A DNA stretch of 56,122 nucleotides, the filler included, from Sphacelaria rigidula (taxonomy: Eukaryota): the NCBI GenBank assembly GCA_964200075.2. It is 6 parts of 6 records of this genome, joined end to end, with 100 filler letters (N's around TTAATTAATTAA, not from the genome) between each part and the next. Parts side by side here need not be neighbours in the genome. Positions count along the whole stretch, not along the records: positions 9,373 to 18,644 come from CAXNAA020008868.1; positions 18,745 to 28,015 come from CAXNAA020008869.1; 4 more parts are not named here. One strand, given 5' to 3'. Below the pieces are notes generated by a model, which was not told the origin of the DNA, made no database searches, and worked only from the letters and a program-made list of their open reading frames with translations. Made by a program: the position numbers and the translations under genes. Shown piece by piece: positions 10,517 to 23,786 of the stretch; position 1 is the first letter of the stretch, and every line of letters begins with the position of its first letter.

Positions 10517-11440
10517 AAAACATAACAAGAAGAAGGAATGAACCGACATGAGCTGAAGGAAGTGCATCACAAAAACAAGAAACAAAAAGAGGAAAACGAA
10601 CCCCTCGCCGTTTCACAGCTAACCCCCATCAAATCGACGAGTCTTCTTCTCGTTCCCGTCATTCCCTCTTCTAGAAATAGAGTATCAAATACAAACTAGC
10701 GACGTGCACGCACGCTTTTTTAAGGTTAAATATACATCCCCGATACCAATTGCTACGCAACATGTAAGTATGCACCTCGATATTTGCCATGCCCTGTAAC
10801 TGAATGTTTCGCGTTACTCGTTTGCGGGGGGTAAAACAAACAGAACTTGCTCAACACCATGTCACCCTATGGCATTCAGAGTAGGCGAAAAAAAAACGTT
10901 ATCACATCTACTATTAAACTACGAGGGGGTTATTATATAGCCCGAGGACATGAAAGGATGGGCTTCTGGTTTCCTTTCAGCTGCGTCTTTTTTTTTCAGG
11001 TTAACGATAAATCACCCACGTACGTCAACAGCCGACGCCCAGTTCGTTGAAGTAGATGACCGCATCTATGCTGGCATTTTCAATTTGTGATTGCTTGTGT
11101 AAACCTCGACTTTTTTTTTTTCTTTCAGAGGCAGAAAGTTGATTCAGATAGGAAATCGTGCTGTCGAGGACATGCACTTCGTATGTTGTGAAAAAATATC
11201 GTCATTTTTTTTCCCTCTCCCGTGTTCGGCCCTTCCATCCATCGAGCTGGTTCGCCAATAAATAGTCAGAGGGGACGGCATGAACCCTTCTAGAGACCAA
11301 CCAACGTTTCCATTATGCTACACGTGATGGACACTTCCGAATAAAACAAATTCGAACGGGGGAAAAAAAACGACGGCGTTTTCCATCGAAAAAAGCAGCC
11401 CGAGAGCACTTGGTAATCGCTAGCGAAATATTTCCTCGGA

Positions 11441-11693
11441 AATGCACCACTGCATACACACGCATTCTGCCCTCATCATAGCGGTCAGCGTCTTCACAAG
11501 TCAGTGCGCACGTTTCTCACACGTGTACTTGCTTCTTCACATAGTGCATGGCGCATCCGCCAGTGATAATGCACCACTGCATACACACGCGTTTAACCCT
11601 GATCAAAGCGGCCAGTCTTCACAAGTGTACGCACACATTTCTCCGCTTGTACGTGCTTTTTCACCTCGAATAGTGCACGGCGCATCCGTCAGG
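11441..11693. repeat. ~127-nt tandem duplication
   Basis: aatgcaccactgcatacacacgc...atagtgca.ggcgcatccg occurs twice. Confidence 0.85.
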
Positions 11694-11749
11694 AATACTT
11701 ACAAATTGTCGTACATGTACACACTTACATCTTCCCCAAGTCTTGGGAG

Positions 11750-12010
11750 CCCATCCCCTTCCTCTTGACGAGACCCTAGTAAAAAAAAAGATCAACCATT
11801 TCATCTCTCTCCCGGTCACTGGCGAACGATTTGCCCTTTTGATAATTAGATCAGCGTTTGTACACCCTATCCACTCTCGTCAACTTCACTTTTCACTTTT
11901 CACTCTTCTTAAGGACGGAAACTAGATCCTGCTTAAAGAAATCCGTATCTCTTGGGGATTCGAGCCCACCATACTCATCCTCAACCGGTCGATGATGTAC
12001 TACTGTACCA
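11750..12010 (-). mobile_element. tRNA-derived SINE, second subfamily
   Basis: Minus strand has a B-box-like gggctcgaatcccc near the 5' end and a gagagatg..ggttgatc..gggtctcgtc 3' tail like the other SINEs. Confidence 0.55.
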
Positions 12011-12592
12011 GTTCAGACGACTTGAAAATCCATGCATGTCCATCCTCAACCAGTCGATGGTGTACTACCGTACCTGTTTAGACAACTACAAAATTAATTC
12101 AGAAACGTGTCAAGGCAGCGGGGCTCAGAACGGACGATCCGAATATATTTTGGGGCGGGGCTCTGCACTTTGTATTCATTGATGACCCCCCTCTATGGAG
12201 TTTGCGTCGGTTGGCGGTGATGCTGTACAACACGCCACTCATCGCGTGAGCTGGACAACCAGGTCACCGATTTTTTTTGCGCGCTTGCGTTTCTTTTGGC
12301 GGTAACCATGATGGTAGTCGAGCTAGATCACCTTGTGCGGAGTGGGGGAACCTCAACTCCGCGCGAAGGAGATGATCGTACCACGTAGTGTTTATATGGG
12401 GATGCCAGTGTAAAAGCTGTGCCTGTCCCAGGAAGCGGCGATACCAGAAAATGAAGCAACTCATTGGAGGCTGACATCCAAGTGCAAGATAATCAGTAGG
12501 CTACGGGCCGAACAATCTCAGCAGGATGCAGCTCATCCTTCATGCGATTCGCCGAACACACCACGGCGCTTCGCGCTTGATGATTGACTGCG

Positions 12593-12688
12593 AGCCTCGT
12601 CCGGTGAAAAACCGGCGTGCTCCAGCCCGGCTTTATAGGGATCCGAAGGCAATGATCTCATGACCATGTCATGCAAGATCATATGTAG

Positions 12689-12726
<38 letters not shown>

Positions 12727-12745
12727 ACCCCCCCCCCCCCCCCAC
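12593..12745 (+). mobile_element. C-tailed retroposon family B 3' end
   Basis: cctcgtccggtgaaaaaccggcgtgctccagcccggctttatagggat...catgcaagatcatatgtag followed by a long C-run. Confidence 0.7.
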
Positions 12746-12944
12746 CCACAACCCCCCTCTCACCGCGACAACNNNNNNNNNNCCCGCCTCTGTGTGTGCG
12801 CAGACAAAAGCACTACCACCCCTACACACGCAACCACAATTCCACCCCCCCCCCCCCCCCCCCCCCCGTCACTAACCTGAACAAATACAGCACAGGTGGT
12901 TAATGGAGCGCGAAGTGACCATGCCAACACCACACATTCGTCAC

Positions 12945-13049
12945 CTTCAGGCAATCCTTCGTGGGCTCCTCCAGCACTGCTTTGTGAGCGTCCAGGTCGT
13001 CCAAAGATTTTCGGTACAGCTGCTCCAATTGGCTTTGGAGACTTTCAAA
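12945..13049 (-). CDS. Exon of an unknown coiled-coil protein
   Basis: gcAG acceptor, GTGACG donor. 35 codons FESLQSQLEQLYRKSLDDLDAHKAVLEEPTKDCLK, in phase with the 13651-13810 exon. Confidence 0.65.
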
Positions 13050-13650
13050 CTGCTCGTCAGTTTCGGAAACAAAAGCAAAAATAACAGAAACATAGAAAAC
13101 ATACTCAGCACGACCAGTCAACTACAAGCACAGAGAATGCGGCCGAAAAAAGCTCAAGTGTCTCCTCCGAATCCCCTGCTGACTGGCAAGTAACCTATTT
13201 CAATTTGATCTTGTTCGATGGGCGACAACAAAAAACGGCGTCCCTGCAGCACAGCAATATGTGGACACAAAGACACAGAGATGATCCCAGTTCTCACCAT
13301 GTCTGATTCATTCCACTCAAGATCGGAGAGCTACTTCCGTGTGCATGTCCCACTGCAGTTGCGTGATTCTCGCTGGCGGGCCGGTTATATGAGGGTACAT
13401 GGCATCTACACCCCTCCCGCAGAGAAAAACACAAGCTCAGACGAGGTCCAGACAAAATATGTGACTTAGAGACGTGACCTCTATGTAAGTGCCACCAAGC
13501 TGCTGTGGTGGTCTGTCTGTCTGCACGGAGAGATTGAATAACAGAGAGAAAAAAAACCCATGTGATCGGACTGGGGCATACATCAATTTACGACGACGCG
13601 GTCTTTCAAAGGGGCGGAGAAGGGCATGCATCATTAAAGAACACACGTAC

Positions 13651-13810
13651 CTCCCCGCGGACCCTTTCCTTGGCCCCTTCGTGGGCAACTTGAACCCTTT
13701 CGGCGAGTGTATCTCGTAGCTTCTGGGCGTCACGCTGATGGCGATCCCTCAAGTGATTGAGTCGGCCGAGGGTGACATAGGCTTCACAGGTCTTTGCCTC
13801 GGCGTCCGTG
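13651..13810 (-). CDS. Exon of an unknown coiled-coil protein
   Basis: Long T-rich tract, cgcAG acceptor, GTACGT donor. Encodes TDAEAKTCEAYVTLGRLNHLRDRHQRDAQKLRDTLAERVQVAHEGAKERVRGE. Confidence 0.65.
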
Positions 13811-14379
13811 CTGCGTTCATAAAAAAAGCCAGAAAAAGACGAGAAACAAAAAAAAAAGTGAAGAAAAAAGGAGGCAAAAAAAGGCGTGAGGAAAAAGGGA
13901 AACACGTATGAAGAAGTTCTAAACAAAAACAATGAGGTGTGAGTTGGCATCATTTTAACTTGAAAACAAGACAAATGGACACTTGCCACTAACACACGAT
14001 TGTGGCAGAAAAGGGTCCCAAAAGGGTTGATCTCTGGGCACATGAAACACTGGCTCACGACGAGATCTACTGAACAGCAGTAGAGCTTCTGCATTTGGCG
14101 TGCTAATAAAAGACTTGAAAGTTTTTTTCACTTGATTCAGGCCAACACCGATATTCGGGTCTCTGCGCATACTTTGGCTAGAAGATCCTCTGTATCCCCC
14201 TTGCTCGAGTTCTCGGTATACCCTGGGATGGGGTTGGGGTGAGGGTTAGCGTTTCTTCAAAACAGTGCACTTGCGAGGCATTTCTTCAAAGGTTGTGTTC
14301 TGCAGGGTATGGGTATGTTCTGGAGAGTATGAGATTCCTTACAGAACTTACAAAAATATCGGTAACACAGGAGGAAGGC

Positions 14380-14609
14380 CAACCCAGGAGTTTTCTTCTT
14401 TTTTGTTTTTAGGTCTCCACCTTCCTTCTGCGGTGTCTACCTTTATTATTCATCACGAGAGAGGTTCAGCAGTCCCTTTTCTCGTAGACGATCAAGTCGA
14501 ATTTTGTGTACCCACGACATGGTCGCTGTCCACTGTTGGGCATTGTCTGAGAAAAAATCCCAGATTGCTCCGAGTTTTGAACCCACGACTCAAACGTCAG
14601 AAGGTTTCA

Positions 14610-14610
<1 letters not shown>
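14380..14610 (-). mobile_element. Probable SINE, third subfamily, head truncated by (CA)n
   Basis: Minus strand has a B-box-like gggttcaaaactc followed by a non-coding body. Abuts the (CA)n tract at 14612-14647. Confidence 0.45.
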
Positions 14611-14649
<39 letters not shown>

Positions 14650-15321
14650 GGGGGCATCTGATGCGGACGACATCAAAGAAGACCAGACCCAGAAACATTT
14701 TACTCAGACGCGATACAAAAAAAATGAAAGGAGCAAACGAAACAATAAAATAAAAAAATAAAAAAGAAGAAAAAGAGGAAGGAAAAAGGATCACTGCTAG
14801 CCCTCCAAGTCCCGATGCCGTATGCGACCATTCGGACTAATGGAAGCAAGGCCTTTTGGTTCACTCAACACGCGAGGCCAAACCGGAGGTGAGCTAACTC
14901 GAGAGCCACGAATACCCAGTGAAATCAAACGGAAAGGATACATGATACTTTCCAGTTTCAGGCTACAGCGATAGACACTCTGTCCCACAAACACACATCA
15001 AGGATACCCTTACTGGTCGACCCTCACATACACCAGCTCTGCGAATATGACAGGGGATGATTCCAGTAAGGTCGCCGGGGGAAGCCCTGTTGCAGTAGCG
15101 GATGATGAAGCGAACAGTTTGGGACGTGCGGCAGATCCCAACGGTGTTGCTGCCGGACCTACCGCTCGTACAACACCACCACTAGCTGCGGGAAAATGGC
15201 GATGTTGTGGAGGTGCCGGACGAAGTCAAGAAAGCCATCCAGAAGCAAAATGCCTATTACATCACACGCGGCCATTTCACTACCCCCAAAAATCCCTCCA
15301 CACAAAAATTGCAAAGATCCT

Positions 15322-15570
15322 CCCCGTATCCCGTACAGCGCCAGTATCCAGTACAGTATCACCCGTACCCGTCTACTGGGCACGGCCAGTATCCACCGGC
15401 ATGAGACGGCAAAGATATCCAGTATCGCCAGTATCCGCCAGTATGAGGCGGTAAATTACCCAATATCACGAGTATCCGTCAGTATGAGGCTGCAAAATAC
15501 GCAAGATTACCAGTATCCGCCAGTATGAGATGAGGAATTACGGGGGGCGTACGGATACGGGCCAGTACGG
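15322..15570. repeat. MITE-like element with internal cagtatccgccagtatgag repeats
   Basis: Short inverted ends cccgtatcccgtac / gtacggatacggg, with 3-4 internal direct repeats. Confidence 0.5.
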
Positions 15571-16549
15571 AAATCCATAGGGGCCAAACTGGTATGAGTA
15601 ATACGTGGAGCATCTTTGGATTTGTCCAAATGTGTATGCATGGCTACTAGATAGACAGGCCCACTGCTGCCGATAAGTCTACGCGGTTCTGTCGTCCAAG
15701 TAGCTCCTGGTTGTTCCACTAGCATTTTATTTTGGGCATCAAGATCCAAATCTTCGGGGAGCTGAAACAATACTCTTTTTTCCTCTTTTGCACGTATTCG
15801 GAGCAGAAATGGTTGAACACATACATTGACGAACAACAGAACAGCGTCAGGAGGTCAACTTCGAAGAGGACCTTGCAGCGGAGAAGAGCAGAGCAGGCGG
15901 CTAATTTCGTTGAGGGTGGAATATTCTTTTGTTGGGGTTTTCACCTAGTTGTTTGTTGTGGATACTACACACAGGTATCCCATGTTTTCATGGATGAATA
16001 TAGGACTCTCTGAACATATTCTGTTTCTTGCTAATAGCGCTGTGCCGTGGGTAGGCTAGACACGCGCTGTCTGTTGTGTTGCTACGACGATGCTACTTGA
16101 CCAGAACCCGGGGGAGATCATAGCTCCTCGCTTTCCCTCCTCATTGCCACCAGCTCTCCCTTCTTATTTTACTCCTTGTCTTTTTCGGATCCTCCTATCT
16201 GAAGTTTGTCAGTCTCCGGTGCGCAGGCTCTGTAGAGGACGTCTTTGAACAGCACTCCATACAGTAGATGTGTTTTGGCATTGTTCTTTGTTCTATGCGA
16301 CAGTTTCGATTACCGTCTTACTCACTGTTACTAATCTGTGTATACTGCACTGTACACCAGTAAGTGGCGAGGTAGTCGTGGAGTTCACACGCGGAGACTT
16401 TTTAGATTCCAGAAGGTATCCTGTTGTTCAATCGGTCTTACACGGATCTTTCGTAGTGTAAGTGTCCTTTTTCGTGTAGATATCGTGTTTCTCGCCTTCC
16501 TCTGCGAGATGTTTGAGTTATGGGTATGGGTCGTATGCTCCTGGCACTC

Positions 16550-16598
16550 TGTGACCACGGGTTCGAGAGATCGAGCTAATGCGACGAAGATAATAAGA
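16550..16598 (+). mobile_element. Retroposon 3' end, same family as 28910-29040
   Basis: gtgaccacgggttcgagagatcg..ctaatg...ataataagaa. Confidence 0.6.
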
Positions 16599-18168
16599 AC
16601 GGGAGACGAGGAACTAGATTGTGCGGAGAAGCATCGTAGGAGGGCAAGGGGGAAGTGGGAGGAAGAGGCACGCGCGGCATACTGTAGCCCCCTTACCCCA
16701 CGTATCACCTCCAACCCAGAACCAAGATGTACCATGTGCTCTACTTTTATTAGGCCCTCTCTCTTGGCACGCACTCCTCGTGCCCAAGCGCTTGCGGGTT
16801 GTCCGCAGAAATTAACCTTAGTTCATGTATGTCTTGATTATCTTCACGTCGTTTCAGGAAGGATGTTGGTGATTGGATATCGAGGCAGCTGATTGACAGT
16901 CCCGTCTGTTTTGGGGAACTCCGCAGCGTAAGCGGTGTCAACCAGCCACCAGCGGTGACCTACATTAGGCACGCAACCGATCTCCGGCCGCTCCACATCC
17001 AAGGGTTTTCGACGTGTATACGGTGAAGGTTTCCGGCCAGGTATCACGGTGAAACGTCTCCATCCGTGAGATAAAGAGCAAACTAGGGCAGACAGTGGAA
17101 TGCCTCCCATCTCGGCAAGTGGCAGATCTTTACATTCGTAGAGCCAGACTCCCACCGTTCCCGGCAGTGATCATGGCCGCGACAAGATTAACCCATCGTT
17201 GACTCGACGGTTGCCCGCGATCATCGCTGAAATACCGTGTTTTCGGGGTGTCGTGTTTCCGGGGTTTCTTGCTCATAGAACCGCGCTACCGGCAGCAACG
17301 CTTGAACGGCACTACTCTACGTGTATGGGTGTTTTGGTCTGATTTTGCGGGAGGGCAGATAACGCACCGTGGAGACAGGCGGCACAAACCACGACGCCCC
17401 CCGCGGAACCGCCACATAAAGAAGGAGAACATCGGCAATTTCCGCACGCATCAGAAGGCATCCAGTACAGTAGGTGACCCGATTTAAGGTCGCTTTTGTG
17501 AAGGCCATCGTAGATTTAAGGCCTCCTGAATTCCCCGGTCACATCTTCCACAGATTCTCGCCTTGACCGAAATTGGCCTTATATGAGAATGCTCCGCCCA
17601 GCGCCATTGCGTGGTCGTCAGAACATCGGGAACTCCACAGGGGTTTCCGCGCCTCCAGCAAGGCACACCAGGGTGACATCGACGACTTCATGGGGTAGCG
17701 CGCATTTATGTGGGGCCGAGCTTTTTGCGTGAACGTATTTTCTCGGGTCTGTCATGTGTCGCTCCCATGTGCGGATGCTGCGAGGGTGCTCCGAGAGGGT
17801 ATGCCCCGGTTTTATCTCCAACAGAGAGGATTGAGAGTGCACCTCACATTCTCGCACAGCATCATCAGTTATACTATCCTTTTCACCTTATAAACCTAGA
17901 CAAAAAACATTATGCTCTCTACAAATTAAAAAATCACGTCAAGATTTTCAACAGGAATCATGACAAATAGAACTTTAGAAGATACAGAAAGAGAACTAAT
18001 TGCATGAAGTCCTGCAATAGAGGATGATACAACACAACGCCATGCGTGTTCGAAGCAACACAGTGCGATGATCCTATTCCCCGTCGACGAGAACAACACT
18101 TGCCGCTTCTATACCGTATGTAAGGCCGATTCGGCCTTATATTCGGCCTTTTATAGGTGCCGCGTAGT

Positions 18169-18310
18169 CAGTGTTGAAAATCGGATATCGATACTCTATA
18201 CGATTTCGATAAATATCGGTCGATATGGCGTATCGATATCCCCGATTTCCAAGCCGATATTTGTCGATACGTATCAAGATCAATATCGGATATTGTTATC
18301 GCCGATATAT
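18169..18310. mobile_element. Truncated hAT-like MITE (cagtgttgaaaatc end, tatcgata-rich)
   Basis: Same terminus and ATCGAT-rich subterminal repeats as 49484-49828. Confidence 0.55.
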
Positions 18311-18454
18311 TCATTAACTTTATTACAGGGGTGGTGGGGGTGGTAGGCAGCATATCGTCCCCCCATTTTCACATGCCTCCGCTCACCGCCCACCACCACA
18401 CTACACACACCACACACAAACCACACACGCATCATCCGCGGACTGCACACCCAC

Positions 18455-18570
18455 TTGCTGCGAATCACACAGTTCTGCAACATGAGCTGCCTTCAGACGT
18501 TCGGCTTTGTGAAAGGCGGTGCGCTGAGTCTGCGGTCGACGTTTCTGCTGGACCATCTGAGCTGGTCCAG
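18455..18570 (-). CDS. Candidate upstream exon of the contig-2 gene
   Basis: cacAG acceptor and GTGGGT donor. One frame reads (A)GPAQMVQQKRRPQTQRTAFHKAERLKAAHVAELCDSQQ; the other two frames contain stops. Confidence 0.4.
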
Positions 18571-18644
18571 CTGTGAGGATAACGAAACAGCGGAAAGGGC
18601 TGGCAGGCGGTAATTCGAAGAGTTAGGCGCTGAAAATTTGACAC

Positions 18645-18744
18645 NNNNNNNNNNNNNNNNNNNNNNNNNNNNNNNNNNNNNNNNNNNNTTAATTAATTAA
18701 NNNNNNNNNNNNNNNNNNNNNNNNNNNNNNNNNNNNNNNNNNNN
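18645..18744. other. Artificial contig spacer
   Basis: N44-TTAATTAATTAA-N44. Confidence 0.98.
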
Positions 18745-19221
18745 GGCAGGGGTAGGGCGTGTTCCGATATCGTCGCCATGTAGTAGCACGTTTACGGGTG
18801 GTAGACACCGCACGGTGCAGGCAGGGGCCCTGGCGCAAAGGGTATTCAAACCCACCCCACCGTGGTGCGTAACACATAGATACTGTAGTAGGAGTTAATC
18901 TCCGCACAAGCCGAGTGTTGTACTCTTCCAGGGGTCTCTGCCTTAGCTGGCCTATACCCGGCGACGGCGGTTCGGGTCTACGACCGGGAAAGGTACCGAC
19001 TGTATCACGGGTGATAAACACCGTATGGCTTGCACGAGCAGGGATACGTGGGATGAGAGGTAACCCAGCTACCGCACGGGCGTGGTACGAAGTAGATTGA
19101 CAGTAGATTCACAGATACTCCGTACTAGCCAAGTTGCTGCGTCTTTCCTTGGGCCGCTGCCGTCAGCCAGCCCAACCCGGCCTCAGCGTTCGGGCCGAGG
19201 CCGGAGGGAAAGCAGGACAAA

Positions 19222-19470
19222 ATGCCATGACATTACAATCGGTAAACCGTTGGCGTCATATTCCTCCTGTCCAGGCGCCATTTTTATGTATATTTCCTCC
19301 TCATGTTCGACGTTCACAGAAGGAGTGTTGTCGCCCAGCTGCCAGCACTCCAGATTGTACTCGCCGCTACTACTAACACCATGTGGATGCTCCACATCCT
19401 GCAGATCAGAGCAGACGTGCTGCCGATACGTTCAGGGAGTCTATGTTGCGTAGATAGACTCTAATCAATG
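19222..19470 (-). mobile_element. Ty1/copia reverse transcriptase relic
   Basis: EYNLECWQLGDNT..VNVEHEEEIYIKMAPGQEE resembles the copia RT motif (Q.D..TAFLN...EEE.Y...P.G). Frameshifted. Confidence 0.7.
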
Positions 19471-19696
19471 GCGTCGCATGTCGAGTAGCATTGTCGAGAA
19501 TTGGGGTAGCCCAGCCAGGCCGATGTAGACCTAAACTCTTTATGTCGTTATTTCAACTCCGAACACAAAGTCCCAGAAAACAATACCAAAATACATACTT
19601 CACACGCATACTCACAGTAAATAGCGAGGGGGGAGCACACATCAGAGAAATCCCTGATCATAGGAAGCGCATTTTATTTTCCTCGCACTTTAAACC

Positions 19697-19971
19697 CCTT
19701 CCCTTCCTCGGGAGGAGTCCGTGGTCTCCAGGGATCAACCCATCTCTCCCCTGGTACGCACCTTGCATTTTGGTCTCCCGGATTGGGTCAGCACTCTCGT
19801 GCCGCGTCTACGTCACACAAACCCAGTCGACTAGTTTGTTTGCTCACGTTATCACGCTTTCCACGGTGGAAATCATACATGACCAAGAAAAACCCCAACG
19901 CATCGGGAATTGAACCCCCGTTCTCTCTACCCCATTGGCGACAGTCGGACCATTACAGCACCACGGCGGCC
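19697..19971 (-). mobile_element. tRNA-derived SINE
   Basis: Minus-strand head with A-box-like tggtgctgtaatgg and B-box ggttcaattcc. Body and tail homologous to 36679-36975 and 48471-48767. Confidence 0.8.
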
Positions 19972-20478
19972 ATGTGCCGTCAATGCCGTACTTGACTAGA
20001 ACAGTACGTCACCCTGGAATGGTGAAATTCTTCCCCGATCGTCCGCATTTAACGCAATCATCGGGATGGCATAATTAAATCATTACCAGTTTGTCTTCAT
20101 CCAATATTTGTCACTTGCTAGGACTTAGTGCGAGTATATATTTGATCAGTTCCCCTGCTCGCGGCCAAGTTCTCGCAATTTATTATGAAAATGCAGTAGT
20201 TCAGAGTAGCCTTCATTCACAAGAAACACACAATATATACCCTCAAACCTACATAACCAGAAACTCAAAGGGAAAAACCGATCCTTTTAGGCAAAAACTT
20301 TTTCCAGTGACGCACAGGTGGTTGTACTGGGAATATAGACTAGTAACCCTTTGGGAAGCTCGTAACCTAATGTAAACATAGGCGTGTGGTGTTGTCTGAA
20401 CGGACAGGCTTCACTATCTCAATGGCAGGGGCTTGCAGTGGATGCACAGTAGCCGTGGGGTTTACTTGACTTGCGCAG

Positions 20479-20569
20479 TGTGACGGTTTAAGAAACAACC
20501 AACTAGACTACTGACCAAGTCAGCGCTGACTTGTCAGTAGTCTAGTTGGTTGTCTCTTAAACCGTCACA
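20479..20569. repeat. Near-perfect 91-nt palindrome
   Basis: tgtgacggtttaagaaacaaccaactagactactgaccaagtcagc|gctgacttgtcagtagtctagttggttgtctcttaaaccgtcaca; one mismatch and one 1-nt bulge. Confidence 0.92.
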
Positions 20570-21723
20570 GCAGCAAGAAAAAAGGAATTGATGGGTGGTA
20601 AGAAGAGAGGGCAAGAGCAGTGGGGGTTCACCCAAGATGCGAATTGTTTAAATGGAAACAAACTCTTGCCCACTAGAGATACGTTCGTCTGACTTTTCGT
20701 CACTAGAGACCCATACGTGAAACCAAATTATACTCTAACTTATTGCTGATCTGTTCGTCTCGCCAGCTCTTCCAATAGTTCATTTTACAGCTGGCCCCTC
20801 CGTCTTGTCACGCCTTTCATTAGTGCAACTAACTGTCATGTGCGTGCCCTAAAGTGGAACTACTCGTCGCTTTCCATACAGTTGTACCGCCGTAAGTTGT
20901 GAAGTACATGGCCGAACAGAAAGGAAAAGGCATTTTCTGCACGCCCGCGTAGAGACGCATAAGAGTAGCGTATCGACAAAAAAAAGGGTCGCGAAAGCAG
21001 GTCGCGAAAGTTGGTCTTTCTGGTGTTGATGCCGCTGTTCCAGCACAGCCGTTGACCGTTGCTGTGTGCTGCCTCTAGCGTTACTTTGTACTCCCGGCTG
21101 TTTTTCCTGTTGATGCCGAGCGTGCCTACGACGAAGCCCGGCGGCAGAGTGGTCTGCACCTATGCCAGTATCTCTGTACCGAACTTCATGTGCGCCCCCT
21201 GTCTTACCCTCAGCAGGCAGATCTGCGTGGTCACAGGTGCCGAACTTTTTTAGATTTTCCGGGGACGGCACCCCTGCGAAAAGGTTCAAGCCAACCGTTT
21301 TTCAAACCCGTTTTTCACGGTGGTTCCAAAAATCTGACTTTTTTTACATATTTTTTCTGACCATTTTTTCGCGACATTTTGGATTTTTTCGGTTTTCCCC
21401 TTCAACTTCCATTGTGCATAACTCATCACCACATAATTATGCCACCACAAACTTAGGTGTATATGAAAGCCCTTAGTGCCAGCCTTCATTTGGTATATAC
21501 TTTGTTGCATAAATCGATGGTGCTGCGGATATATATATATATATACCATACAGTGCTGTATGGAAACCGACGAGTAGTTCCACTTCACTTGCTGAACTAC
21601 AATATCTAGGTTACCATGAGTTATCTACCGTAGTACACCGAGTTTGCTTTGCCTTGAACTACACAACGGATTGAAAGGGTCACATCAAACGGGCTGCGGC
21701 AAAGTCATTTGCAGTGAGTAGCA

Positions 21724-22524
21724 TTAAAATATTGCAACAGTTTGAGCTGGTATGGGCGTGTGGTCGCGAAGGTCACTTCGGAAGTTATCGTCAATGACGT
21801 AGTTATGACCCCTACTGTCGCCAGGACCCTCGTCAGTGGGTGGGAGCGGATGCATCAGAAGCTGTGGCTCCTTCGGCGACGCAAGGGGCGAGGGCGTCTC
21901 GATGAAGACGGCGTTTTTGTTCTCCATGAGTGTCGGGTGGCCGGGTTGTTAAGGCAGTAGCTCTTGCTGTCTTAGCTGTTCCCAACCAATCGTCCTTCAG
22001 CTCCCTTGAGAGCGAGTATTTTGTTGCGCCACTCGATATGTACGAAAGCCCCCGCTCCAATAACGCGAAGATGGCGGAGATCTGTTCCATCCGCGCAAGC
22101 ATCCTGTGCGAAATTGTGTGCCAAGCGCGGAATATGGTGCTCTGTTTGCAAGATACGCTGCCGCGAACATCAGTTCCGCCCATTGACGGGTTGGCAGACC
22201 GCAGTCCACGAGCAGGCACCGGATCATGGCTGCGAGCGTTTTCCCGGCGCGCTCAGACAGGCCGATTCGCTGTGGTGTGATATTGCTGGGGTACCCTAGC
22301 AATACGCCTGTCTGGGAGCGCAGTAGCCATTGAACTTGCCGCCTACGAACCCCCCCCCCTTGTCAGCTCTCGTTTGCTCGATTCGAACGCCGCCAGGAAT
22401 GACCATCAGCCGTACGAACGACTGGAATGCGTGGAATGCGCCGTCCCTGGTTTTCAGGAGGTGAAAGCTGTTGCGGTTGAGATGCCCCATTCGCTGATGC
22501 TATAGTGTAGCGGTAACTGCAGCA
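21724..22524 (-). mobile_element. Ty1/copia relic: GAG-pre-integrase and integrase
   Basis: L*HQRMGHLN, RADKGGGF, PQRIGLSERAGKTLAAMIRCLL..GLP...WAELMFAAAYLANRAP. Contains stops, frameshifts and deletions. Confidence 0.85.
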
Positions 22525-23731
22525 TGTACCGCCAGCCAGAAGAAGGACTGATGGATCGCTGCTGTTGAGAGACTCCCCAGTCACACTGACCTCAGTGTCA
22601 GTCGTCAACGTTTACAACATCTCATATTATCAGGAGTGACCTTCCAAGGCACCAGCCTTTCTAGATCCGCAGGCTATCACCGCCGTGTCCCCGGTCAATA
22701 TCCACAATTCTCCAGAACCCCCGTGCCCCCTGCCATCATCCATATCATCACTACCAACTCAACGTAATGGCGTATTTTGATCACAGAACCCCCAAGGCGC
22801 ACCTTCCAAGCGGATTCCTCTTCCGCCGGGTCCACAAACATCTCCGGGCCGCGCTCTACTAAGCGTTTCACCGCCGCATCCCGCTCCTCGGTCACCTGCC
22901 CCCTAGCCTCCTGCAAAGCATCTACCGACAAACTCACGCGACGACTGCCCAAAACGGCGGGCGTCTCCAAGTGCGAACCAGGCGGAAATATCCGCGTCTC
23001 GATGGAGTCCTTCAACCGCTCATACGGGTCGACCCCTAGATCCTGAAGCGTCGGCAACCCCAGAAAAATAACGCCATCCGACCCCGGCATAATCGCATAC
23101 GAAATCGGAGGCAAGGGCATCAGCCCCCAGGCAGTCTTGATAGCCAGCTGTAACGGAACAGTGCGCTCCTTCACGGAAACATTTCAACCCGACGCGGTGA
23201 CTGCCTGCCGCGCCCCGAGCGAAAACGGAATGCACAGCGGCACACCCGCGAGAAGACGCTCCAGCATCTGCAGCATCTGCACCGACAGACTCGTGAAATG
23301 GGAACCAGAATCCAACACAGCCTAAACCACGATGGCTCCACGCTGCCGTTGATTCGGAAGACACTACTCCGCGGGAACGTATCTGTCCGCAAACTCGACG
23401 GGAACTTCATCCGACGACCGATGCGCCGCTAGTGCCACTTGACGCCACGGCTGCGCAAGCTGCGCAGGCGAAGACGCCCCGGCAGGTCCAAACGGCACCG
23501 CCGGCAGGTATGACCTCCAGCCAGCAGACCAAGAATTTGGCGAACCTCCGACCAGCGCATCAACAGGCGTCGCGCCTGGCGCTGCTGCCGGTGTCGCCGC
23601 CGGCGCCACCACTGGCGGCGGCGTAGTGTTCGACACCGTAAAATTCAGGTCCACCTGCACCGCCCGTTGCGGAGCAGTAGCACCTACGGCGGCACCGGAC
23701 CCAGAGCCAGGCCCATGCTGACGCCGCTGCC

Positions 23732-23786
<55 letters not shown>

